A model generated the notes under the pieces. The model saw nothing but the letters and a program-made list of their open reading frames with translations, did no database searches and was not told the origin of the DNA. The position numbers and the translations under genes were made by a program. From the NCBI GenBank assembly GCA_028534125.1, contig CM052816.1, positions 90,398,001 through 90,462,000 of the forward strand: a stretch of DNA of 64,000 nucleotides, in the 5' to 3' direction. Every line of letters begins with the position of its first letter. The stretch's first letter is position 1. The stretch comes from Lama glama. Lineage: Eukaryota. Shown here piece by piece: positions 25,362-37,950 of the stretch.

Positions 25362-25547
25362 TAGGGTTATCAGATAAAATACAGGACACAGTTAATTTTG
25401 AATTTTAGATAAATAATGAATTTTTAGGGTAAGTCTATTATAAATAGTTTGTATAATATGCTTATACTAAGAAAATATCTGTTATTCATCGCAATTTAAG
25501 CTTAAATGGTTAACCCATCTTTTCATTTGTTAAGTCCAGCAACTCTA
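25362..25547. mobile_element. MER53 palindromic hAT MITE
   Basis: The termini are tagggttatcagataaaatacaggacac ... gtccagcaactcta, and the internal arms ('tttgaattttagataaataatgaa' / 'tgttattcatcgcaatttaa') are roughly self-complementary. Confidence 0.85.
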
Positions 25548-26484
25548 CCTGGGTGTCAAGATGTACCTGAATTTCTAAATATAACAAAATTCTCATTTAG
25601 CTTGTCATAAAATTATAGTCAAATATTCAAGTTCTGACAGATATTCAAGGACTATTACTGTTTCCTGTCACTTGTAGCAAAAACTGAACTATGAACACTG
25701 CCTGTGTTTTAAATTCATAGCAACAAAGCCTATCAGGAAAAATAATGGAATTCTCTCTCTCCAGTCCCTGAAATCCTGGCCATGCTACTTTCTTTGCTTT
25801 TTATGGAAAATCAGCATTTGCAGGTATAAAGTTGCCTCACAAATTCTATGGTGAGGAATACAATGAAGTTAGTGAGGCTCTCACAAAATGTAGAGGAAGT
25901 TCCCCAAAAAACTCAGTAATCAAACTAAATGACATTTAGTGGCAATATTTTTAAAAATCAAAATTAATGCAAAAAAATTTGTGATGAATAAAACATCAAA
26001 AATGTAAATGAAGACTGGATCTGCCCCTGCATGCTCATGACTTGTCCCTCTTTGCCTCCCCCTAATTCCAGCCCTGATGTTTAACCTTCATGACACTGGT
26101 GAACAGCCATGTCCACCTTGCAGCTTTCCATTTCTGCTCTGTTGATAGTGATAGATTATTCCTCTTCTCAGCTCCTGTGATCCAGCTACCTGTGTTGTTA
26201 CCTTTGTAACCTGGATTGAGATTCCCTGAAGCTAGCCCAGACCACCCATACGTCACCGTGCTGTGCACTGCACAACAGCGCTCTATCTCGAGGGATCCCA
26301 TCTCCATTGACACCATCATAATGAGCACAGTTTTCTTTTTTCCAATTTGTATTTCACGGCTCTTTGGACAAGCAGTGACTCCATGATCTTCAAGACTGAG
26401 TCTTAAACTGCAATACACCTCTTAGCCAGGAAGTGCTGTCTTTCTAGATGGGAGCCTGAAATGTTCGCATGCCCTCATTTTAAG

Positions 26485-27531
26485 TAGACAGTCCTCTTTC
26501 TGCATGGTAGTATGGATCATATAGATAACTATGCAAGCTGAAACCCCACAATGAGATCTCACCAATCAGTGGTAATTTTCCATAACCTTTAAAAATTTGT
26601 GTCAAAATATTTAAAATGTTCTGTGGGTTATAAATGTATATGAAAATGGAAAAGAGTAAAACTCATATTTATTCAATGCACAATAATTGGAAACATTAGA
26701 AACATGAAAAGTAAAATGTTTTATTTCTTTACAATAAGAACAAAACTTTCCCAAGGGTGGTTTGAACCTCCACTGCCTTTTCCTCATCATATGGTTCACA
26801 GTATGGAGTAATCATCTCTTCTGTGCCTTGGTGAATTGTCATACTCTTTTCTAAATTTAGATTAGCTTTCAACATTTCTTCCTTTACACTTTCATGTCAT
26901 GAGATATCTCCAAAAATTCCTCTAATGTGAAGTTTTTTGCCCACATCACTTCCTTTGAGACATCTCCATCCTTTACATCAGGCTACTTTCCTCATCCCTG
27001 TCAGTAAGTTCTTCATCACCACATTCCTCGGGCTGCTCATCTAGAGTCTCTCAAATGGTGGGCGTGTCAGCGTTTCCACGGTCAGCTGGTCCTTCTATAG
27101 CTCCATCTACTTTCAATGTGAATTTCATTCTCAGTGTCATCGCTTTTCGTTTCTCCCCTGGGCTTTCATATTTGTTGGCCAGTTTCCTCTTCCCGCTGTC
27201 TGCTTTTGTGAAATGTCACGTAGGTTTGTCACAGAAGGAGGCAACACAACTGCACGCTCTGCTCTTGGTATGTGAAACAAATAATTGGTGCCCAGCAGTC
27301 AATCACCAACAGACTTTACAGCTGATATGATTGGTCATTGATCAGGGCACAAATCTGTTATTTACTAGTGATTTGCAGACCGAAGAGTTAGGGGTGAAGT
27401 TTATACTTTACGCAATGACACGCAGTTAACACACCATAGTAATTGAAATTTGAACCACGTTGTATTATTCAACAAGATTGTGGCAACTGAAAGTTGTGCA
27501 TATTGGAGATATGCAAACTAAGGACTGCGTG
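26485..27531 (-). mobile_element. Tigger6a-like TcMar/pogo DNA transposon, essentially complete non-autonomous copy
   Basis: TIR-like ends are tagacagtcctc and aggactgcgtg followed by TA. The body is collinear with the recalled Tigger6a consensus. A minus-strand transposase N-terminal remnant (RKLANKYESPGEKRKAMTLRMKF, cf. KKRKVITLEVK) lies at about 27120-27190. Confidence 0.85.
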
Positions 27532-27799
27532 TATTCTAACCTCGCATAAGAGTCATTCTAGAATTAAAGTAGAATTGGTTGAATATGAATCAAGTTATAT
27601 AATTCAATGTAGATTTTTCTCCTATTCCCATTCAAAGTATATTTTATACAAAGTGTATTTTCTTAGTTTCTCCATCACTTCCCCCTTCCAAAATAATGTA
27701 TGTTCTAATAAACCTGTCCATGCTAACATAGTCACAGAGAAGGATATAGGGGATGCTTAGGGTCCATTCTCCTTTCCAGACAAAATATGTGAGTTATTG

Positions 27800-28246
27800 T
27801 CCAACTTTTAAGCAACCTCAACAATGCTGGGGTCAATCCCATCTCAATCTCTTTACAGCATGCCTCCCTATATAAATCAGAGCCTGGAGGATTTCAGTCT
27901 CCCCTGAAGTGAGGATTCTGCATAGGAACCAACATATACTGGCAGATACAGCCAGAAGAAGGGGGTCCACAGTGTGAGCCTCAGGGTTACCTGTGCTCAT
28001 CTGTGGCAGTAACAACAGAGGATTTTTAAGGTTCAGTCCTTACTTTCACGAGTGTCAAGAAGCAGTCACAGCCTCTGCAGTGGATTTCCACCTGAAGAGT
28101 CCCATGTCCTGGTGTAGCATACAAGCTTGTTTATCTGGCACTCCTGGAAATTACCTAAGCAGCCCTGTACCCTCCAATAAATCCCCTCCTGCTTTAACCA
28201 GCTAGAGTGGGAGTTATTATTTGCAACAACCATGCTGAGAGATACA
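27800..28246 (+). mobile_element. ERVL-type LTR (LTR33/LTR16-like)
   Basis: The 3' end 'ccaataaatcccctcctgctttaaccagctagagtgggagttattatttgcaacaaccatgctgagagataca' is typical of these LTRs. The 5' boundary is uncertain. Confidence 0.6.
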
Positions 28247-28869
28247 GGTGTTAATTTGCAGGCTAGTTCCAATGATCCTACATAGTCAACTGCTTTCTTT
28301 CCTGTATAAATTTTCTAGAGTGGAAAACAATTTAAGTGAAAGAGAAGTCATCTCAGACAACAAATATAGTTCTACCCAAATCCAATGAACCATTCGTATT
28401 CCATTTTCAGCTCATCAAATTTCTCAAAATCAAATCAATGAGACAAAAAATTTAGACATCTTTAAGTTCAAATGTGTTTTGACTTTTCCCGCTTGATTAA
28501 AAATTGGCTCCCTAAACACTGAGATTTTCAGTTCCTTGACCTGCCCATGATGATTCTCTCTTAAATCTAGAACCCATATCAACTATTAATGACATGCCTT
28601 ACAAAGCAAGCAACAGAGAAAAAAGGAAGGAGATGAAAGAGAAAAAAAAAAGATTATAGGAAAACAATAAGGAGCTGGCCACTTCTTCCCTTCAAAAGAG
28701 ATAGATTAGCCATTAGATCCCCAAAAATGAAAATAAATAAATAAATGTCATTTAAAATATCACAGAGACATTTGTCTCTAGTGAAAGCTTAGGTTCATTT
28801 CTTTAGTCTAAAATTTTGAAAGTGCCATATTCTTCACTGATTTCCCTCTTGTCATGATAAGTAACATTT

Positions 28870-29030
28870 AGAATTAGACTTAGGCATATGAAAGACATAC
28901 ATTTCATCCAAGTTCTGATACCAAATACCTTTGTGAGTTTAGGTCAGTCATTGAACCTTGAGTCTCCATTTACTGATCTTTAAAATGAGAACTAAATAGT
29001 AATCTAAATAGTCTGTCTAAGATTTCTTCC
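28870..29030 (+). mobile_element. MIR fragment
   Basis: MIR-like segment 'ttctgataccaaatacctttgtgagtttaggtcagtcattgaaccttgagtctccatttactgatctttaaaatgag'. Confidence 0.6.
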
Positions 29031-29279
29031 AGTACCAGCCTTGTTAGTTTCTACAATTTTGAGTGTAAATGTACACATTCTACAACCAAAAAAAATGTCA
29101 TCAGGGCTATGAACTCATTGCAAGCCTCCAGTGAGAGAAAGTAGACACCATGGGAACAGCAACATTCAAGTCTTCATAGGATTTCTAAATAATAAAAAAT
29201 ATATTTTATTCTAGGTTATAAATTTAATCATGTTCTCTTTACTAATGGTACATTTTCACCTAAATGAGTTGTTTTAAAC

Positions 29280-29510
29280 TAATATTTGTCCAATGATTAC
29301 TGTGTATCAAACATTGCCAACAATTTATGTGTATGATCTCATTTGTCACAATTCTATGAGATATTTTCCATTTTTTTACAGATGAAACAACTGAAGCAGA
29401 GAAAGGATAACTAACTCAATTCAGAAAAGGGGACAATTTCTGAGTAGAAAGTCTGGGATTCAAATTTAGAAATCTGACTCCAGAGTCTATGTGTTTAACA
29501 CCAATGCAAT
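29280..29510 (-). mobile_element. MIR SINE
   Basis: Reverse MIR core 'ttttacagatgaaacaactgaagcagagaaaggataactaac...ctgggattcaaatttagaaatctgactccagagtc'. Confidence 0.75.
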
Positions 29511-29959
29511 ATTCATATCTCTCAATAGCCCACCTTGATTTATTTCTGAAATCTCTGCCACCAAGTAAAAAAACACCAAATAAAAAATGTTCCATTTATC
29601 TTAATGAGAAGAAGTATGATATATTTCATCCAATATAAGATAGCCAAATAATTTTGTAAATAGAACACATCAGTTGAACAATGAGAACAAGTTTATGAGA
29701 GCTAATAAAAAAAAGTTGAAAAAAATAAATTTACTATGGCCATAAAATATTGAAAGAAAATACAGGATACTTGAAATAGAATATCATAAAGGTTTATTGC
29801 AGTCACCAAAGGAGAATGGTGCATGATGGACAATGGAGAAAAGGATCAAGGTGGAATACTTTGCAAGGTTCATTCTTTTTGCACCACTTTGTTCACCTAT
29901 TTGTTTCCAATTTGGAGGATGGAGGCTCACTGTCATCTTACATTCAAATTACACTTAAA

Positions 29960-30055
29960 GTTATATGTAACAAATAAATGTGCCTCTGTTCCAATAAAAC
30001 TTTATTGACAAAAACAGATAGTGGGCGAGATGTGACTCATGGGCTACAGTTTGTT
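29960..30055 (+). mobile_element. MER58A terminal fragment
   Basis: MER58A-like end 'ctgttccaataaaactttattgacaaaaacagatagtgggcgagatgtgactcatgggctacagtttg'. Confidence 0.7.
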
Positions 30056-30589
30056 ACAAATTATATTCTTAGTATAATTTACCTTGCTCTGAAAAATAGA
30101 ATGGATGGCTAGTGAGAGATTAGGTGTGTGCAGCAGGAAATTAAATGTAATTAGTGACCAGCATACCTTGGGTGCATACTAAATGTTTGTTGAATTAATA
30201 AATGAACAATAATGTTTGAGGTCTGCGAAAAATCCTGCACCTAATGGAAAAGGAGAATACATCTGAAAAAATTATTGCAAGCTGAAGAATTAGTAAGAGA
30301 ATATCTTCTCAGTGTTCTCACTAAGATACAAGAATAGATGTGTTACATAAAACTGGAGTGGGAATTCATAGAAGAAAATATGTTGAGATGAATGCAAAGA
30401 TGAAAAGGGAGCTGGCTGAAGAAACTCAAAATGCAATGGCAAAATGTAAGCCTACTTTCAAGGCAATAAGGTGCAGAATTGAGATGTATTCTGTCACATA
30501 AATTTGCACTTTCTGATTAAAAAAATTTCATTATTTTATTTTCTTTCCAATTGGACATTTCTTTATAACTTAGCAAAGATTACTGTTCA

Positions 30590-30785
30590 CTCAAATAAGC
30601 TTAAATTGATTGCCTACACTATGCCAGGCACTGCACAAGGAACTCTCCATCATTGTCTTATTGAATCACAACAACCATATTAATTCAGTAAGGTGTCTCC
30701 CTCCCATTTTACAAACCATGAAAGGAGAGATGAAGGCAGTTAAAAAGCTGAACCAATGTCACAAATCAGGTGTATGACTTAGAGC
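30590..30785 (-). mobile_element. MIR SINE fragment
   Basis: Reverse MIR-like segment 'tgcctacactatgccaggcactgcac...tgaatcacaacaaccat...cccattttacaaaccatgaaa'. Confidence 0.65.
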
Positions 30786-30799
30786 AGTGCTCATTGCTC

Positions 30800-31320
30800 A
30801 AAAAATGGTCTCAAAAGCTTTTTGGTACATAATATCAACCATTCTATTTTCTCATGATTCTGAGAGATCTCATCATTGGGACGAGATCCTTCTCATGATC
30901 ACTAATGGAGGTGCAATTGCCTGAGATCTTGACTGGTCTCGAGTGGTCTCGACTGGTCTCGACTGCTCTCGACTGGTTTTGACTGGTCTGGTTCCTTCAT
31001 ATGCTGGAAAATTGCCTGGTTGTTTCCCAGGAGGTCACTGGAACTGTCAGTCGAAGGATTCTTCTCCATGTTGACTCTCTATGTGGTATGAGTTTCTCAC
31101 TAGAAGGTAGCTGGATTCCAAGAAGCAGGAAGAAAAAGTTATGGACCTCTTGCATCCTGAGGTAGAATTTCACTTCTGCTGCATTCTGATAGTCAAAGCC
31201 AGTCAAAAGGAGCACAGATTCAGAGAGGGCAAGTAGGCTAGACCTCTTGATGTGAGGAGTGATAAATGCGTACCAAGGGTGAGGAAATCATTGGTGGCCA
31301 TCTTTGAAGAAGCCATCACA
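30800..31320 (-). mobile_element. MaLR LTR (MLT1F/H-like)
   Basis: Reverse MLT1 features 'ttctcatgattctg...cacttctgctgcattctgatagtcaaagccagtc...cagattcagagagggc...cctcttgatgtgaggag...ggtggccatctttg...catcaca'. Confidence 0.75.
30931..30990. repeat. 10-bp minisatellite (gactggtctc) x6
   Basis: Units read directly: gactggtctc gagtggtctc gactggtctc gactgctctc gactggtttt gactggtctg. Confidence 0.95.
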
Positions 31321-32775
31321 TGATGATTCATAATAATATATGAACAAGAAATAAACATAAGTTATTTCTCAATTATATGAAAGTCTGAGGTTGTGACATG
31401 ACATTAGTATGAAATGTCAAAGAAAAGATTGGAAATTCACATCTGGGTGACCAGGAAAGAGACTGTGATTACATAAGTTTGAGGACAAGAATAGCTGTTC
31501 CCTGTTTCCTAGCTACTGGTTGCTAGAAACTGGATTTTGGCACTATCTTCTGTGCACCAGTCAATACAGTTTACCGCATATATATGGTTTATTTGCTTGG
31601 AACTTACTGGTACAGGCAGCTATGTGTGTGTATATGTGTGCTCACATGCACATATGCATTTTACCTTGACTAATGTAAGAAAATAAACTAATCAGAAACA
31701 AAAATAACAAAAATTATTGACTCATTACTTGCTAACTTACTAGTTTAATATCCCGAACCCTCAGCACAATAACAACTGAATTGTCCATGGCATGGAGAAT
31801 GTATTCTCTTTTACACTAAAAATTGCCACCTAACAAATTATTTTTCTATTGCTGTCATTTAACATTTACTTGTCCTCTAAAGGATTATGGCACACCAAAA
31901 AAAAAAAGCACATAGTTATTATGACTATATAAAAATTAACTTTTTATATCCCCCAAATCACAAATTCCCCCAGAATTCGTAGCTCTGACTTCTTAATAAA
32001 AAACTAAAATTCGGTCATGATCATAAAACTGAACTCTTTAAAGTTCTTATGAAATCTGAAGTTAACAAAAGTCACATGAAATAATCCCCTGCATATAGAA
32101 ATCTATTGATTTACATTTTAATGAAAACTGAGCATTACTTAGAAAAAAGTAGACTTTTAAAAGAATGTGAAAAGAAATCCACTTGAGAACACAAGTCTGG
32201 AGTTCTAAGAACCTTTCTGGTCTTTAAAACCTACATCTTCAGAAATTCTTCAGAGATATAGAATTTGTAGACATACTTCCTTCTTCCTATCCCTACCCCT
32301 TATCTCTGTCACTCTCTTTTTTAAATCCTAATAAACAGCATTTGTCAAGCCCAGATAGGATGAAAGTAATGTAAACAGGCAGCTATGGGCAGATTTTGTT
32401 GTAAAAATAGAAACTAAAGGCTTGGAGCTGTATCCAAATCTCATTTGCTTGGCAGTGATGTAGACGTTCAGACAGGACAAACTTTCACTGGAAGGTATAA
32501 CTAAAAATTAAAAAGCTCCCAAAGAGAAAGCAGCTCTTTTGATAGGAGCCCACTGATGAGTTAGAGTCTTTCCTCCTCTCTGATAATCAGACTTAAATTG
32601 GGTCTCCTAATCTTTAGATGAGAGACATTTCAAGTCCTAGTTGTAACCTGGAGGAGCACCCCTCACTATTAACCTGAACTGATTCATTTTATAAGCAAGT
32701 AGACAGAGGAACTTAAAGACAGTTCGGCTGGTAGTTGTTATGATGAAGGACTTGGAGACCATGAAGTCACCATCT

Positions 32776-33036
32776 ATTGGCCATCGATTGGCCCATCAAT
32801 GTCACCTCCAGCTCACAGCTAAGACAGCTGTTCTGTGTTCTAGGACCAATGCAGTCTCCCACATGGCAGGAATCATTTAAACCCACTTTTATTGGGATAA
32901 AAACTGGCTCAGCTAACTGATCTGTTGAGCAATTTTTAGGGGCATACTTAGCTGAAGGAAGTTATGAATCATTAAAAAAAATGAATAATGACGTCACTCT
33001 TCAAGGAGGAAAAAACATTCTTTTCAACCGGAAGTG
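32776..33036. promoter_or_regulatory. Candidate promoter/enhancer motif cluster (2x CCAAT, CRE, ETS)
   Basis: ATTGG at 32776-32780 and 32787-32791, TGACGTCA at 32989-32996, ACCGGAAGTG at 33027-33036. Motif presence only; no activity data. Confidence 0.35.
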
Positions 33037-33619
33037 TATGTGATCCACATATTTTAAGAACTAGAGAGCCAAAAAAGGAGGGTTGACAGAAGAAAGGAGA
33101 AGTGGTATAGAGGTTGATGGCTTATTAAGGCAGCAGAGTCAGAGGATGTGACCCAAAATTCAAATTATCTTGATAAACAGCCCTTGGAACCAGCCTGGTG
33201 GAATTGAGGAAGTTGACTGAGAAACAGAGACCCTACTTCTGCTTACAGCCTGAAGGCTCTGTAAGTGATCTGAAAGAAGTCTCTTCACCTAAAATTGCTT
33301 TCCCAGACTTTTAAAGGCACATCTCCCTTTTTATGAGCATTGAAATCTCATATTCTTTTTCTTTTGCATACAAATATAGGTACTTTTTTGTTTTGAATTA
33401 TAAAATTATGTATTAAATGCAATGTTTCAAACTATATACAATATACTCAAATAGTATGCTTTGCCCTTCTGTGACCTCTTCTAAAATCTGATAGTCAGTG
33501 GGTGTGTCCTTCCAGGTGATTACAGGTGCTAATTTAATTAGCTGCTATGCCACTGTGTTTTACCAGGAAACATATATTGAATGGCAGTTGTCAACTGCAG
33601 ATTCTGGCTGAAGACCCAG

Positions 33620-34600
33620 TGCCATAGACACTGCTTTCTCTGCCACACTGCTGCCAGAATTCACATCTCACCAAAAAACAAATCTGTTGCGATCACATAC
33701 CCACTTTTCAGACCTCCATCTCGCCCCTGTTGACTTGAGGTTGAATTCCAAATTTGATGCACCATATATAACCTTCACAGTTGAGCCCAAATTGCCATTT
33801 TGATCTCATCTCCCATAATCCACATCTTTTCACAAAATCTATGCTTCAACTAAAATGACCTTCCCTTTCCTAACATCATAAGTTCATCTGTATACTTTCC
33901 TATCTCTACCAAGAAAATAGCCTTCTTTGCTCCTTGTGGCAAAATGTGTGGGCTCCTTCTCAGAGTTTCTATCTTTTGTTGTGACCTCCACAATTACTCT
34001 AAGCAAAAGCAGTTACCCTGCCATCTTCATCCACAACATCAACCTATAGCATAGTTACAGAGTAAAACTGGCCTCCGCATATCCTGACATTCAGGCTTAG
34101 GATTTTCCCACTTATTATGTGCAAAACATTGTGATAAACACAAAAGAAATACCAGCATGAGAAAGGCACAATGCCTGTCCTCAAGATGCTATAATGTGTG
34201 TACATAAATAGCTGTAAATTCCAGGGACAATAAGGATCCCCAACAATTAAATCAGCACATTATGGAGTTCAAAGGTAAATATAATTATATCCCATTTCAG
34301 AGATCAGAAAAAATTTACAAGGAGAACTGGAAATTGAGGATAATCCGTGGAAGTTACGTAAACTACTTAAAGAGAGTTGTGCTAAGGAAATGGAGGAAGT
34401 GTGTTGGGGAAAGTGGAGTCCTCTTATTGGTCTGGATCATGGGTAAGTGGGGGGGATAGGGCAGCAAACTATGAATGAGGTCTTCCTCTTGGACCATGGT
34501 CATGCATTCCTGACTGAGAAATTTATGTCTCATTTCCATAGCAACATGAAACCTTTAAAGACTTTGGAGCAAGAAAATGTCAGGATCAGAGCTGCCCTAA
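33620..34600. mobile_element. Degraded L2 fragments, both orientations
   Basis: Pyrimidine-rich L2-like sequence at about 33620-34030 (+) and purine-rich reverse L2 at about 34105-34600 ('atgcctgtcctcaagatgct', 'tttggagcaagaaaatgtcaggatcaga'). Confidence 0.45.
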
Positions 34601-36244
34601 ATTTGGTAAAAGGTCTCTATGAAATTTTCAGGGACTGACAAATCATCTGTATCAACTCTAAAAAGCAGAAAAAATCATATGAGCCCTGATTTGTATTGAT
34701 TGGTTCAAATTAGCTTGTAGCCAATAAGAATGACAGTACCCAAATGATTTTACAAGTGTCAGCAGAGAGGACGCTAAGAAGAAAATTTAAATGTCTTCAG
34801 TTGTGCTAGTTGGCCATTAAAAGATGGCTAACATAACATATGTGCATGTTTGAATTAGGATAAACAGAGAAAGAGGCTGTTGCTATACTGTAACAATACA
34901 AATTGTATTTGAGTCAGCATGATTAGAATGTTAGTTAAGTAAAACTGAATTAATCAAACCAATTAACACCAAGAAAGTGAAGCAACTGGTACTATGAAAT
35001 TTTTGTTATTCATATTTTTGTTTGTCTGTTTTATTTTCAACTGGAAATCAAGGTTAGAGAGGCTCTTGAAGTTCATGGTGTTGGAAATACAGCCAAACTC
35101 AAAATAAATTTACTTCTAAATTCCTGCTTTAACCATTGCATAATTAAGTTAAATATTTTATTCAAAATAGTGGTTCCAAGTAATATTTTAATATAACTTT
35201 ATTATGCAGATCTTATTATGGTAGTTTATTAGAATATACTTAAAAGAACAATCCCCTTTCCCAAAGGGCAAAGTAGTGATTTTTGAACCTAATGGGAAAA
35301 ATTCTTTAGATAGAGAATAAAGATTAGGCAGATAGAATTATCAAAAAAGAAATAGAAGCCTGAAAGACTTATGAAGACTTCTCAGTAAGCAGGAAACCCT
35401 TTAATTTTGCAAATCTTAAACTGATGATCTTACCAATACCCAGTAAGACATATTTAGTCAAAAGGCTGTGGAAAATGATATATTTTTTCATTCGATTAAT
35501 TACACTTCAAGCCTCAGCCAACCTATTTTTAACAGTAACTGCAGTTCCTTATGTTTGTGATAAATCTGGAAATAAACCTAGTGCTGTATCACCTCTTTTG
35601 AGTTATAAACCTTTGCTTCTCCTAGCTACAAGGGAAAATGATTTTATTAAATCATTGGTGGTAAAGAAGAGAAAGCTAAAATTCCATTCATTTTCCTCAA
35701 ATTCCAGGAACGTATGTTGATCTTAACCAAGGGTTAAATTAGAAAGTTACAAAATTATCAATAGTTGTTATTTTTATTTTTTAATCACTTTGCCCCCACT
35801 GGATTTTCTCTGGCTGGGAAAAGAAAAGTAACCATTAAAGGAGGAACATGCATCTCCTAAAGGCGTGACTTAACAGCCACCACGTGCACAAAGGCCATTA
35901 GCTCAGGAAAGAGTTTGCAGAAAGTATCTAAGGATAGATATGCATTCACACGTAGACACGTAAAAACCATATAAATGGGCACTAAACTACATCCTCAGAA
36001 ATTTTAAGAAGTCACGCACAACTGAAATGGCCAAAAATATAAAATGTAAAAGTGTTTCTGTAAAAGGTCTTCTGAGAACAAGGCTTGCAACATTAGTCAG
36101 AGCTATCATGCCAAGATCCTAATCAAAACTATCCCTTAATGGGCTATTTAACATGAAATCTTGTAGACACAGTAAGATGATTGAGAACTGAATGAAAGCT
36201 TGGAATATATTATGTACACATCATTTAAGATATGCTGCTATTTT

Positions 36245-36800
36245 AGCCAAGACATTGGAGCCACTTAAATGTCTATCAACAGATGAATGGACAAAGAAGA
36301 TGTATACACACACACACATATATATAATGGAATATTACTCATCCATAAAAAATGAATAAAATAATGCCACTTGCAACAACATGGATGGACCTACAGATGA
36401 TCACATTAAGTGAAGTAAGTCAGACAGAGAAAGACAAATATCATTATCACTTATATGTGGAATCTGGGGGAAAAAAAGATACAAATGAATTTATTTACAA
36501 ACCAGAAATATACTCACAGACAGAAAACAAACTATGGTTACCAAAGCAGAAAGGGGTGAGGGGGAGGGATAAATTAGGAATTTGGGATTACTATATACAC
36601 ACTACTATATATAAAATAGATAAACAATAAGGACCTACTGTATAGTGCAGGGCATGAGATTCAATATCTTACAATAACCTATAATAGAAAATAATCTGAA
36701 AAAGAATGTAAATATAGATATATATGTATAACTGAATCACTTTGCTGTACACCTGAAACTAACACATAATACACCAAATATACTTAAATATAAATAAGTA
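36245..36800 (+). mobile_element. L1 3' end (artiodactyl-type), 5'-truncated
   Basis: ORF2 tail (MNKIMPLATTWMDLQMITLSEVSQTEKDKY) plus 3' UTR 'ataactgaatcactttgctgtacacctgaaactaacaca'. An 18-bp TSD aagatatgctg(c/t)tatttt lies at 36227-36244 and 36801-36818. Confidence 0.93.
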
Positions 36801-37779
36801 AAGATATGCTGTTATTTTTAATTGTAAATAATACATGAGAATCATTACAGTGTGGTTCTGGTGTTAATGACCTCCTGCCAAAAGTCAAAAGTCAGTGTCG
36901 TTACCTAGAAAGAATCATCTGGGTGAAAGTCTCCTTTCCAAGGGATGGGCCTGTTCTCTGCCTCTTGCTGCCTATTTCTGCTTCCTTCGCTCCTCCATAC
37001 CAAACTAATCACTTCCTGGTATTAAACCAGTATACTGACTGCGTGCTGTTTTATCTGTCTGAATTTGCTCAAAGTCCAATTCTTAAAGTGTATGCTTTCT
37101 GCCTCAACCACCAATAGCTCTAACTTTCTATTTCTGTTTCTTTTGGTGCTGCCTTTCTCTGTTTTAATTACAACAATTAGAAAATCTGTACCAAGCTGGA
37201 ACCCCAGGAGGTATGACACTCCTGAGTAACTTCCTTGGAAGGCAAATGTGTTTTGCTGATTCCTTCTGCCATGACCGTCAATGGAGGAATTCTACTGTTG
37301 TTGTTTTTTTTTGCCGTAACTTCAAAATCAGGAGGAAAAAAAAAATAATATCTTTTGAGGGTAACCTAAAAAAATATCTTTCCAATGGTCAGAAAACCTT
37401 TCTTCTCTCATTGTGTCTTGTCTCAAGTTACAGAAGTAGCTGAAGTAAAGCCTGTTCCTTAGGATGTGGTTTCAAATCCACTATGTATAGATTACACATT
37501 GACTGTTTCTTTGGGACACATTTGAAAGTATAGGAACTGTATTTGTTAGAAAACATCGCTATACGTTCTATTAGTGATGTTTCAAATAATTATTGAACTA
37601 CTATGATACATGGAGCAACAATAATGTATTACATCACTGAGAGCTTATACAAAGGGATGCAAGATAATGGATGCCCTTATAAAGTTGATCACCTGTTTAT
37701 GAATATAGGAAACAAGTTCACTAAAAGATGAACAACGTGAATAACAAATGAGAAGTGTATAAGAGATGATATAAGAGAT

Positions 37780-37950
37780 TTATATCTGCTTAGCACTTTA
37801 CAGAGTACTCTCATGTCCATTTTAATATTTAATTTTCATATATTAATAAGATAGGCAACTCCATATTAAAAAAGAAAAGATCAAGGTTCACAGAGGTGAA
37901 ATTAGTTGCTCAAAGGCATAGTTAATAAACCCCAAACCTGGAATTGTTTT
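37780..37950 (-). mobile_element. MIR fragment
   Basis: Reverse MIR-like segment 'agcactttacagagtactctcatgtccatttt...caaggttcacagaggtgaaattagttgctcaaagg'. Confidence 0.6.

Noticed and set aside
30931..30990. CRISPR-like array
   Set aside because: The 10-bp units are contiguous with no unique spacers, in eukaryotic DNA; it is a minisatellite.
32766..32783. CTCF motif (ggccaatagatggtgac on the minus strand)
   Set aside because: About three mismatches to the core consensus; better explained as part of the CCAAT pair.
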